Assembly: GCA_041645025.1 (NCBI GenBank)
Contig: JBAZQV010000002.1
Span: 1 to 51,340 of the forward strand
Length of the DNA stretch: 51,340 bases
Direction of reading: 5' to 3'
From: Candidatus Aenigmatarchaeota archaeon
Lineage (GTDB): Archaea; Aenigmatarchaeota; Aenigmatarchaeia; GW2011-AR5
In this document: in pieces, positions 44,701 through 51,340 of the stretch
How positions within the stretch are numbered: the stretch's first letter is position 1
Layout: every line of letters begins with the position of its first letter
Notes under the pieces: model-generated
Seen by the model: only the letters and a program-made list of their open reading frames with translations
What the model was told of the DNA's origin: nothing
Databases searched by the model: none
Translations under genes and position numbers: made by a program

Positions 44701-47700
44701 AAAAAGAGACGACATTGACAGACTTCTAAGAGGAATAAGGCCTCCGACACGCGTATTGATGACTGTTGATATGCCGACTGTTGTGAGATTTAACCGCAGC
44801 ATGACCCTGACTGCTACAATAAACAAGGACGGCCCCACGGACGCGTACGGAACTGTCTACTGTACAATAACAAAGCCGGGTAATTTAGTCCAGCAGAACA
44901 GATCGTCATGCCTTGTGCTGGGTGGACCTGGTCATCACTCCACTGCTTATAGCGTTCCATTTATGCCTGACAGGCTTGGCACCTGGACTTACAGCTGCAA
45001 ACTGGGACGTTCGGTAAGACCTGACTGCTCCTTTGAGGTGAACCAGACGCCTGTTAGCGGCACGTTTGCTGTGTTGCCTGCTGCAAGCACTTTCATAGCT
45101 TCCTTATCAACTCCAGATAATGCGGTAAGAGGTAGTGTGGTGACTACAAACACTGTTGTGACAAATCCTGACAGCTCAGACAGGTTTGTTAATGTAACAT
45201 GTAATTTCAGATATATTTCCAACGGGCAGCTGATTACAAGAAGGAATTCATCAAGCTGCATTAGTGCTGCTACTGGTGATACAACAGTTCCCATTAAGAT
45301 GTACGCAAGCACTCTTGGCGAATGGAATGTAACCGGTTGCTCTGTGCGCTCATCTTCAACATCAAATTGTGCCAGCTCTGCTCTTGACAATACTTCTCTT
45401 GCTACTGCGAGTTACATGGTAATGCTGCCTGATTCGGTTTTCATAGAGTCTGTTGGCGTGCCTCAGGCACCTGTCCTGAATAACTCATTGCTAAGCATAC
45501 CGGTTATTATTAACAACCCCACACAAGACGTGGCTTATGTCACTTTGAACTGTGGAATAATAAAACCGGTTGGCTCAGTGACCGTCACGGACCAAAATGG
45601 CGTTGATTCTGGCAGGACCAGTTCGTTCACGCTTGATACCACGACTGACCGTGTTGGCAGGTGGAACATAAGTTCCTGCAATGTTTCTGTCTCTCCTGAC
45701 CCAAGTTTCTCAGGCAGCTCTGTTGTTTATACACGCAATAATGTGGGAACATTCAATGTTATCGCGCGCAGCAATCTTACAATAACAGCAGTGAATTCAC
45801 CAACTACGGTTCAAAATAATACGCTTACAAGCTTAAGCGTTTCTATTACAAACCCTTCCAATGCACGCTATGGCCGCGTTTCCTGTACTGTAAGAGATCC
45901 GGTTAATAGGGTTCATGTCAACAGTTCTGCATGTTTGATTGTGAACAGCAATGCGCAAAGAGTTTTTGCCATCAACTTCTTTATGAACAGGACTGGCGAA
46001 TGGCACATCACTCAATGCTCTGTTTACGGTTCAGCCAGCGCCGACTGTTCCTCGTATTCGCTACATGACAGAAAAGATTTTATTGATAACTCGTTTAATT
46101 CAACGGTTTCCTGCACTGCTGGCTTGTACCACGCTACGAACCCGGCAACAAGCGTGTGCCAGGAGTTTGGCAACAACTGTAACATACCTACCGGCTGGAT
46201 AAATATAACAGCAGGTTCGTGCCCGGGCGGCATGGGTGTTGTGTATGTATCATCAGTTTCAGTGCCGACCAGTGATGTGATAAATAATTCCAACGTGAAC
46301 ATAGACACACTGGTTACAAACCCTATAAATGATGACAGATTCGGCCAGGTCAGTTGCTTTGTCAAAAGCCCGAGCGGCGCAACGCAGCTGCTAACTTCAT
46401 CGTGCGAAGGCATAGCCGCCGCAAACGCACGAACATACAGGACGATTTTAACTGTTAATAAAGTAGGAGTATGGAACGTAACGACCTGCAGCGTAAACGC
46501 AAGCACGAGCTGCGCTTCGGCAACGTTACAACACATCCTTAACGCGAGCAAAACATTCAATGTAATACGTGGTGCAAACCTTTCCTTTGTGTCGTTCTCG
46601 CTGCCGCCGGACACGCTGGTAAATAATACTGCGACCACTGCTATAAACATAAGGAACCCTTCAGATGCAGCGAGATACGCACGCGTCTTCTGTAGCTTCA
46701 GGAACTCCCAGAACCAGATGACATCAAACACAACATCGTGCCTGCAGGTAGCAGGAACATCCACACCGACATTTGGAGTAAACATATTTGCGAACGTTGC
46801 CGGAACATGGAACGTTGATTCTTGCACATTGCGCGGTTCTCTTGACTCAAGCTGCTCGGAACTTCACGATTCTGAATCAGGTATAGGTGCGTTCAACATA
46901 ACTACGGTATCACCGCCGCCGGCTCTTGCAGAACTTTTCATAAGCAACCTAAGTGCCAGTTCGGCAGCTTTCAATGACAGCCGCATAAGCGTGCTGGTAT
47001 ACGGAAGAAACAATAACCTGGCCAACAGCAGTTATGCTATTGTTGGTTGTGAGTTCCTCAACCCGCTTGGTGGCTTGACCAGACAAGCGTCTTCATGCAC
47101 GCAGGTAACTGCAAACAGCACTGTGCGATTTGGAGTTTCGCAACTGCTTAACATACCTGGAACATGGACTGTTGCCAACTGCTTCATAAACGCGTCAAAC
47201 ACTAACAACTGTGCGCCTTCAATACTTAACAATGTTTCCGCAGAAACAAGAACGATAACAGTTTCGCTTCCTCCTAATCTTTACATCACAGGCGTCACCG
47301 CGCCGAGCGCTGATGTTGTAAATAACACGAACGTAAATATAGATGTCTTTGTCAACAACCCTCTCAATGACGACAAGTACGGACTCGTCAACTGCATAAT
47401 ACAAGATCCCAATGGAAATAATTATACCAGGGCCGCAGCCTGCTCCTCGGTGCCAAGACAGACCAGCAACAAGAAATACAATGTTTCTGTGGTTGCCAAC
47501 ATTGTCGGTTCATGGAACGTGAGAAATTGTTCTGTTAGTTCCTCCACCAGCTCGAGCTGCGCAAGTTCCTCTCCTGCCGGGGAACTTATAAACGGTGATA
47601 CATTCAATGTGATACGTGGCTACAACCTCACCTTATCATCCTTATCAGTACCACAGTCTGTTTATGTAAACCAGCCTTTGCGCGTGGCATACACGCTGAG

Positions 47701-49084
47701 AAATCCTTCAACCTCTGACAGATTCGGACGTGTCACATGTACCATGACAAAGGGCGGTCAGAGCGTTGTCAACACTTCATCGTGCATGACCATAGCTCCT
47801 GAATCGTTCATAGACGGCAGCGTTTTGTTTACTCCTGCTTCGACAGGAACCTGGACCGTTACCTGCGTGGCGCAGCGTTCTTTCGATGCAAGCTGCACTT
47901 CTGTGGAGGCACATGACACAGACTCACAAAGCTTTAACGTGACTTACCCGCCTGACCTGTTCATACAATCGATAGATGTGCCGTCTCTTGCGCTAAAGGA
48001 CCAGGAAGTCTTTTCCACACTCAAGATAAGAAATACGGCGCTCACGAACATGTACGGCTTTGCTCAGTGCACATTTAAAAACAGGCTTAACGAAACGACT
48101 TACAATTCATCTGAATGCCTTAACATGACGGCCGACACAACAATAGTTAGTCTCGGCGTTACCCCGGCGCTTCGGGGCAACTTGACTGTTTACAACTGCT
48201 ATATCAATGCCACGTCACTGAGCAACTGCAGCTCATCAAGGGTACATAACATTTCAACCACGGAAAAATCATTTAATGTATTCGCGCCGGTTCTCTCGTT
48301 TGTCGGCAACGTAAATCTCGCGTATTCGAATCTCATGGTAGGTGATATCGCTGATATAGTTGTGAATGTGAAGAACACAGGAGAACGCGCCTACCTTGCA
48401 TTTGTGAACTGCACCCTCATCAATCCTCTCGGAGTCTCTTACATGCTGACGACAACACCGCAGACGCTGCAAATGGATGAAACAATGGATTTCCATCCGC
48501 AGCGCACAGTTGATATATCAGGTACATGGAAGGTCGGTACTTGCAGCATTTACAGCATAAGCAGCCCACCGAAGCTCGAGGCCCAGAAAACTGTTAATCA
48601 GATTTTTGACGTGCTATATGCGGCTTCGACAGATGAGTGCAATAGTAATGTGCCATGCCAAACGGGCTTCACCTGCGAGAACGGCGCGTGTGTAGCTATT
48701 CCTCAGCCGCTATGCAGTGCAAGCAATTGTCCTGGCACTAAGGACGGGTGCTACTGCTCCAGTGATAGATGTGTTTCATGCGGACAGGGTTATACATGCT
48801 CGCAGAGCAGATGCGTGCCAGAGACGCCGGTTATCAATACCTGCAGGTCAACCAATGACTGCGTATCCGGCAATGTTTGTGTGAATGGCGTGTGCCAGCA
48901 GAAACCTGCCGAATGCTTCACTAATAGTGATTGCGGTAGTAACTATGAATGCAAATCAGGCAGTTGTGTTGTGTCTGTTCAGAAGCCGTTGTTGGATGAG
49001 AAAATAATATATTTCCTGATAATACTTCTTGCGGTGATAATGGTCCCTATAATTTTATTCATTTATATTAAACGTTCTATATAA
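38774..49084 (+). CDS. Giant (~3436 aa) surface protein: signal/anchor, Cys-rich head, Hint domain, mixed beta-rich regions, ~11 tandem 4-Cys Ig-like modules, EGF-like Cys stalk, C-terminal TM anchor
   Basis: Uninterrupted 10.3 kb ORF (ATG at 38774; the track starts at GTG 38768). N-terminal GIFIAFGVVLLIGLSFF. C-terminal IIYFLIILLAVIMVPIILFIYI-KRSI. Confidence 0.85.
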   Translation: MKAQTALGIFIAFGVVLLIGLSFFTTKAYAEPCNCFDNTDCAVGETCDPDNTMCTVTDGNVGMCVAGGGFTCTPACTSPQVCQSGTCVTPPTTPPGTDTGVAIGVGDVTSCSGTTGCAGATCRWSKCATTANPTKIEFTFTIPNTCNGNSIWSGGRWVPANPCSTNAVSFPASVKAAYANNCLHSILLTEVQSDDYGKVCAGPGCSASSAPAAGIIPGPGGGGGGGGGNSFVSGTPILLVDGSSKPIEEIKIGDKVRSFDPETGTFSIGNVTSILTRDVQESYILDFDDGSSVGVTGTHPFYVKTAASGVPTIHKYFVQVKDLMAGDRVYKAYDNRAVSVKITVIRQISKPVTVYNFNVEPFHTYIANNMVVHNIKSERGPFANVVAKPTFSVTGFATASGGVIYTAASNAVWAPNVDATNAFDKTDPKVSLYVVDTIAANYGGNSRTIGATFKVIILNPSPTQKCVMDTATGKPKIVPLCAGTTAECTQTPTEIPTLTAPRCIDLTSQNGWQATGPAVSKCVDSNQYKAMVTPQAYKVSTCTKYVPDLTFSKYGNYTTNATAPGTPPRGGSATRDNWTTRTSCGTLGCNPATGLCKTGGGGGCPDGQTKCSDGVCRTDCGGTCIKPPLLNSINATPRRVAPTGIVTMSSIGSSSESITDAGSTTPRRMKVKLECGTAEGNIQTTSPPPGGDDTACRTRTNPASILASVRAARAAYGAMVSAEEAAVLLNKAAWDNKDAGWGLLSKTGGNSCPHSSGSISCDILFHKPSGLIYDVLGSGPGPEGPGPSNPQWGCTGRAETSKWVAPTTPTGGGTAVCAGKTPGWYDPTMWGGCPLSECRQNSATCSSCGEALAYCDGTNWKTDWDPFVTESQKATATSGHTCPCATGLTGGVTSKPTFSVTGFATGGACETCAEKGQTDKYQSDVKNAANKYLASHPEIGDLPSYGAADGGSDEGEAAVAQLRDGVIAILIGQGFHAETIGSYPQIVAVWKDGDPDKTGYRVTAGGGKIHDAIQAGYCGGHETFGGTDIIPSGCTSAPTAARDGTSGSCQTGSFTANLCSGQLADNNPTCTLTLPPEWKRGGFFQNLYCRLKDESGMYSNSSRTSIIVDNNPPTSRITEPVANSVQTANFQIKVTDADDSGLDKCYYTTSGNTATPIALPRGNIALSNPYRVWRPLDVAYSTKSDVALAVWSTEHQGKVIGQFITDAGALRGGNVILGSSSDFVGSIKITYDEDDDLFLVAWGAAAGNNMGPTYGSLVKADGTFVKQNFVIMNNCDLGIHASSSGNIAYSSGAKKFFVSCTRGVITRGSIIGNSVTPTGTVGNEVVVTGDGMFGSSAAAGGSSVLATWFDQNGIAYGRLYNPNGAALTGPIRISTGTLGGYVSLVAFYDTTRNEYTAFYWGSVGRKLYKRTIGPSGTLGTESTVFTNNNVGVSDIAYNPLTGSYFVADQHQDDNGNGYIKISSGGAASGSVRVSEDMTLPHYTPAIIATGNDVPLTIMNQAGDAYAQFGGLGGAISGGRLRICNSQTTITVGPGNDCPDQGSCTVSAFATDTVGNIGAPDSRSFTINLILTNITSPLDGSNQTGNFSVNVQDRDFASTTNSTITCTYDIYSVGSTSTKIVDNAARRCNSNFTVSIGPDGDCNLMGQGSCKVVAKVNKTMNGTRIEDTSTRFYNIDWVTPFSEIVSAPSNWVTSDFTISVSDNAQGVASRISKCQYKVVSNATQTVSWTDRACGIGAPASVMITVGPGKNCRHEGGDACTIFVRPIGMSGLPGVEDNVSVPIIFNVTDTNGFSVTTTTQTERGLNFSGTTRQELRLYTFYVCNKNSNVNSCIAAYNSNNRGANKPNFCGSLLGKCELRCSDQTVLYYFAARGTPVGQSATVTVVSTITSAACPTFNIGQINEWYQIFTDLDVQIGTEIGIVDSSISQNGETAIANNETLVILREALLITKDHLKNMTMEMQDLTVTKARQLIQRSLEKRDDIDRLLRGIRPPTRVLMTVDMPTVVRFNRSMTLTATINKDGPTDAYGTVYCTITKPGNLVQQNRSSCLVLGGPGHHSTAYSVPFMPDRLGTWTYSCKLGRSVRPDCSFEVNQTPVSGTFAVLPAASTFIASLSTPDNAVRGSVVTTNTVVTNPDSSDRFVNVTCNFRYISNGQLITRRNSSSCISAATGDTTVPIKMYASTLGEWNVTGCSVRSSSTSNCASSALDNTSLATASYMVMLPDSVFIESVGVPQAPVLNNSLLSIPVIINNPTQDVAYVTLNCGIIKPVGSVTVTDQNGVDSGRTSSFTLDTTTDRVGRWNISSCNVSVSPDPSFSGSSVVYTRNNVGTFNVIARSNLTITAVNSPTTVQNNTLTSLSVSITNPSNARYGRVSCTVRDPVNRVHVNSSACLIVNSNAQRVFAINFFMNRTGEWHITQCSVYGSASADCSSYSLHDRKDFIDNSFNSTVSCTAGLYHATNPATSVCQEFGNNCNIPTGWINITAGSCPGGMGVVYVSSVSVPTSDVINNSNVNIDTLVTNPINDDRFGQVSCFVKSPSGATQLLTSSCEGIAAANARTYRTILTVNKVGVWNVTTCSVNASTSCASATLQHILNASKTFNVIRGANLSFVSFSLPPDTLVNNTATTAINIRNPSDAARYARVFCSFRNSQNQMTSNTTSCLQVAGTSTPTFGVNIFANVAGTWNVDSCTLRGSLDSSCSELHDSESGIGAFNITTVSPPPALAELFISNLSASSAAFNDSRISVLVYGRNNNLANSSYAIVGCEFLNPLGGLTRQASSCTQVTANSTVRFGVSQLLNIPGTWTVANCFINASNTNNCAPSILNNVSAETRTITVSLPPNLYITGVTAPSADVVNNTNVNIDVFVNNPLNDDKYGLVNCIIQDPNGNNYTRAAACSSVPRQTSNKKYNVSVVANIVGSWNVRNCSVSSSTSSSCASSSPAGELINGDTFNVIRGYNLTLSSLSVPQSVYVNQPLRVAYTLRNPSTSDRFGRVTCTMTKGGQSVVNTSSCMTIAPESFIDGSVLFTPASTGTWTVTCVAQRSFDASCTSVEAHDTDSQSFNVTYPPDLFIQSIDVPSLALKDQEVFSTLKIRNTALTNMYGFAQCTFKNRLNETTYNSSECLNMTADTTIVSLGVTPALRGNLTVYNCYINATSLSNCSSSRVHNISTTEKSFNVFAPVLSFVGNVNLAYSNLMVGDIADIVVNVKNTGERAYLAFVNCTLINPLGVSYMLTTTPQTLQMDETMDFHPQRTVDISGTWKVGTCSIYSISSPPKLEAQKTVNQIFDVLYAASTDECNSNVPCQTGFTCENGACVAIPQPLCSASNCPGTKDGCYCSSDRCVSCGQGYTCSQSRCVPETPVINTCRSTNDCVSGNVCVNGVCQQKPAECFTNSDCGSNYECKSGSCVVSVQKPLLDEKIIYFLIILLAVIMVPIILFIYIKRSI
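39461..39895 (+). other. Hint (mini-intein / BIL-like) domain, 145 aa, with no homing endonuclease
   Basis: Block A: SFVSGTPILLVDGSSKPIEEIKIGDKV. Block B: GVTGTHPFYV (TxxH). Blocks F/G: VYNFNVEPFHTYIANNMVVHN. Ser1 follows a Gly9-Asn run. The terminal HN is followed by Ile, not Cys/Ser/Thr. Confidence 0.8.
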
Positions 49085-49108
49085 ATTAAGTAATGGATTG
49101 GTAATGCT

Positions 49109-49489
49109 ATGAAAGGAATTTCCCTGCCGATGAACATGATAATCGTTGTGACAATAGCAGCCCTTGTGCTCGTTGCTTTCGGGGCGTTTTTTATCACGAC
49201 AACCGGCGGCGGAGTTTCAGATGCCGAAGCCCAGAGAATTTTTGCGGGCGGGTGCGTACAGTATTGCAAGCCTGGCCTCTATGAAACTTTCACAGCTGCC
49301 TATACAGCTTCGCAGAATGATCCAAATTTCATCAAGGCATGCACGAAGCTTGGCTACGGCGACGGGCAGAACGCAAACAGGTGCCTTGAAAAGTGTCCTG
49401 GCTGCAATGTTATTGTTGACCAGAACGACAGGGACGCAAACATCGGGATGGATCGTATTTTTGACACGCTGTCTCGAACACCATCATGA
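49109..49489 (+). CDS. Small secreted or pilin-like protein with a class III-like signal peptide (126 aa)
   Basis: MKGISLPMNMIIVVTIAALVLVAFGAFFI (short charged N terminus, Gly, long hydrophobic helix). Four or five Cys in the mature part. Lies directly downstream of the giant gene. Confidence 0.4.
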   Translation: MKGISLPMNMIIVVTIAALVLVAFGAFFITTTGGGVSDAEAQRIFAGGCVQYCKPGLYETFTAAYTASQNDPNFIKACTKLGYGDGQNANRCLEKCPGCNVIVDQNDRDANIGMDRIFDTLSRTPS

Positions 49490-49490
49490 T

Positions 49491-49631
49491 TATAGCTCTA
49501 CAAGGAAACAAACAAGATATTATTTTCTTGTGAGCTATACATGGTTAAGCGAAGCTTAACCTGTACAGGAAAACCAAAAGTTTTCCATGTATGTGAACCC
49601 AGTAAATCATATCCGGAATCTTTGCTGGGTT
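49491..49631. repeat. Cluster of four consecutive hairpins downstream of the pilin-like gene
   Basis: TATAGCTC/GAGCTATA (49491-49498/49532-49539, with nested ACAAGGAAA/TTTTCTTGT). GGTTAAGC-GAA-GCTTAACC (49543-49561). TACAGGAAAAC/GTTTTCCATGTA (49564-49591). AACCCAG/CTGGGTT (49596-49602/49625-49631). Confidence 0.55.
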
Positions 49632-49652
49632 AACTATAGTAGGTGATATATA

Positions 49653-49910
49653 ATGGCAAAAAAATCAAGAAATGCGAGAAGAACACCAAGAAAAGCACGC
49701 GAGAAGTCCATGCTTACACGCGAGGAATTCTTCCTGAACAAGCATGACGAAGAGAAAGTCCTGCTCTTTGTTACGGGCCTTGTTTTTGGCATGGGCCTTG
49801 TGGCAACTATAATGGACAAATTCCTTTTCGGCGGACTTGCGATGCTTGTAGTCGGCCTTGTGTTGCTTCTCTTGGAACTTAATGTAGAAGAAAAAGTGTA
49901 TAAAATTTAA
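49653..49910 (+). CDS. Small membrane protein with a basic N terminus, 85 aa
   Basis: MAKKSRNARRTPRKAREK followed by two hydrophobic helices. Confidence 0.45.
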   Translation: MAKKSRNARRTPRKAREKSMLTREEFFLNKHDEEKVLLFVTGLVFGMGLVATIMDKFLFGGLAMLVVGLVLLLLELNVEEKVYKI

Positions 49911-49932
49911 TTGTTTCTTTTCTTTTTTACAA

Positions 49933-50430
49933 TTAATCAGAGCTAGATGTTGGTAGGCAGAAAATTATCTTCTGCAATGTCCGTTCGGGTGTTTTTTTAT
50001 CGGTATTTATTACAGTCCCATAATCAAATGACATCAGTTTGTGGACAGCTTTAATGCTTTTTTCACCAATGCTTTTTCTTTTTACATCCCTGCGAATGCA
50101 CTCTTCGACATTTGCTTTTAGCGTAAATATGAAATGATGATAGGGAAGATTCTTAGTCAGATGGATTATTTGAGTTTTATGATAAAAACACCCGTCAAAT
50201 ATGACAATTCTACCTTTTTCCAGTTTCTTTATGGCCAGCGGGATCGTCAATTTATTTGCCTTTAGAAAATTTTCTTTTAGTATACATCGCCCTTTAACTG
50301 TGTCTAGCTTATTTTTGTGCAGTATAACGTCCATGGAAATATGATAACCTTTAATGCGCTTTGCCAATCTTTTTGATATTTCTGTCTTGCCTACGCCTGC
50401 TGGTCCCCTTATTATAATGTAGTAACTCAT
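49933..50430 (-). CDS. Small P-loop kinase/ATPase (165 aa); paralog of 13423..13914
   Basis: Walker A IIIRGPAGVGKTEISKRLA. Colinear similarity to the first copy along the whole length. Confidence 0.7.
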   Translation of the reverse strand: MSYYIIIRGPAGVGKTEISKRLAKRIKGYHISMDVILHKNKLDTVKGRCILKENFLKANKLTIPLAIKKLEKGRIVIFDGCFYHKTQIIHLTKNLPYHHFIFTLKANVEECIRRDVKRKSIGEKSIKAVHKLMSFDYGTVINTDKKTPERTLQKIIFCLPTSSSD

Positions 50431-50559
50431 ACTTTACTGTAGTCTAATTTAGCTTAAATTTGAATTCCATCCTGTCTTCAGACAGTGCTTAGTTTGAGCT
50501 ATTTTGTAATTGCTAAATGCTTAAATTCTTCGCATCCTAAATTAGATTGGTGTGTTGAC

Positions 50560-50724
50560 ATGGAAAGGAAATATGAATACATTATCAAAGTAGATAACAA
50601 AGAAGTCTGGCGTGGAAAGACCCCGAAAGATAAATTAATAGAACTTAAAAAGAAAAATCCAAATAAAAAAGTTTCTATTGCTTGGGAGTCCGATGATGAT
50701 ATTCTTGTTGTTGTAATTAGTTGA
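50560..50724 (+). CDS. Small protein (54 aa) upstream of the retropepsin-like protease, start trimmed
   Basis: MERKYEYIIKVDNKEVWRGKTPKDKLIELKKKNPNKKVSIAWESDDDILVVVIS. Ends 4 nt before the next gene. Confidence 0.4.
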   Translation: MERKYEYIIKVDNKEVWRGKTPKDKLIELKKKNPNKKVSIAWESDDDILVVVIS

Positions 50725-50728
50725 TACA

Positions 50729-51124
50729 ATGAAATTTTCTTACATCAAAAAAGAAAGTAGAATTTTAGGTCATGTTCTAAAACCGCTTATAAGCATAGAA
50801 ATCCTTTCCAAAGATGATTTATGGTATGGTTTGGACGAGGTCTTAGTTGACACGGGAGCGGATATAACTTTAATTCCTAAAAGTGTAGGTGAAGTTTTAG
50901 TTGGCGATATTACATTAGGTAAAAAGGCCGCAATCAAGGGCATAACACCCTTTGAGTTGATCATCTATATTCATAATTTGAAAATGAAGGTTATGAATAA
51001 AGAATTTGAAACAAGTATTGCTATAGCAGACTCAGACGATGTTCCGGCTGTTCTAGGTAGATTCAAGGCTCTAGATTTGTTCAATGCAGAATTCCTTAAA
51101 GGCAAAGAATTAATTCTTGATTGA
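50729..51124 (+). CDS. Retropepsin-like (clan AA) aspartic protease, 131 aa
   Basis: Active-site motif VLVDTGADITLIP and C-terminal VPAVLGRF. Confidence 0.7.
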   Translation: MKFSYIKKESRILGHVLKPLISIEILSKDDLWYGLDEVLVDTGADITLIPKSVGEVLVGDITLGKKAAIKGITPFELIIYIHNLKMKVMNKEFETSIAIADSDDVPAVLGRFKALDLFNAEFLKGKELILD

Positions 51125-51153
51125 TTTAAAAACCATCCGATTGAAATAAAACT

Positions 51154-51340
51154 ATGACGCAAATAGAAGTTACGTTTCTTGGAACAACGGCAGGTATACC
51201 CACGGCCCACAGGAATCACGCTTCGCTCTACGTAAGATACCAGAGCGAAAACGAATTCTGTTATCTGTTTGACTGCGGCGAGGGCACGCAGCGGCAGATA
51301 TTTGCGAGCGGCCTGAACTTCATGCGCATCAATGAAATTT
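51154..51340 (+). CDS. rnz: Ribonuclease Z (tRNA 3' endonuclease), N-terminal fragment running off the right edge
   Basis: MTQIEVTFLGTTAGIPTAHRNHASLYVRY....YLFDCGEGTQRQI matches the RNase Z N-terminal pattern. Confidence 0.8.
   Translation, partial: MTQIEVTFLGTTAGIPTAHRNHASLYVRYQSENEFCYLFDCGEGTQRQIFASGLNFMRINEI

Noticed and set aside
38825-48496. Antisense or alternative-frame ORFs inside giant gene 3 (e.g. 40819..41349, 46024..46827 at 267 aa)
   Set aside because: Same reasoning as above: no independent signals, and all are fully nested in the 10.3 kb ORF.

Overview
This window looks archaeal, and the gene content suggests a small-genome DPANN-like lineage (inference from content only). 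Markers are class I LysRS, archaeal-type AspRS, Pus10, r-protein L21e, RNA polymerase subunit Rpo4/F, DUF655, RNase HII, RNase Z, and a tRNA with several introns.

About 46% of the window (23.7 of 51.3 kb) is three giant genes of 2498, 1969 and 3438 aa. Each encodes a membrane-anchored, repeat-rich surface protein, and the largest carries a mini-intein-like Hint domain.

The rest is:
- housekeeping genes;
- a TA-rich stretch (two AbrB/PIN pairs, an orphan Doc, an NTase/HEPN-like pair);
- an IS200-type tnpA element;
- a compact five-gene operon next to it: atypical radical SAM, TRAM-less methylthiotransferase, T-fold-like/TPR fusion, GT2 glycosyltransferase, P-loop kinase.

Observations most worth follow-up:
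1. rnhB is split inside its catalytic GIDExGRGP motif by 18 nt that carry an in-frame TGA. These 18 nt sit in a hand-foldable canonical bulge-helix-bulge motif, and removing them restores the frame exactly. This is a candidate mRNA intron.
2. Two adjacent ~1.3 kb cassettes lie between aspS and a ybaK-like gene. Each is flanked by a synonymously diverged duplicate of that gene's last 14-18 codons, and neither carries an integrase.
3. The Hint domain lacks a +1 nucleophile.
4. The radical SAM operon has no assignable substrate.
5. An archaeal secreted protein carries two somatomedin-B-like cysteine domains.
6. Several families of intergenic hairpin elements are shared between distant loci.

All coordinates and alignments were worked out by hand from the sequence. 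No database search was run.
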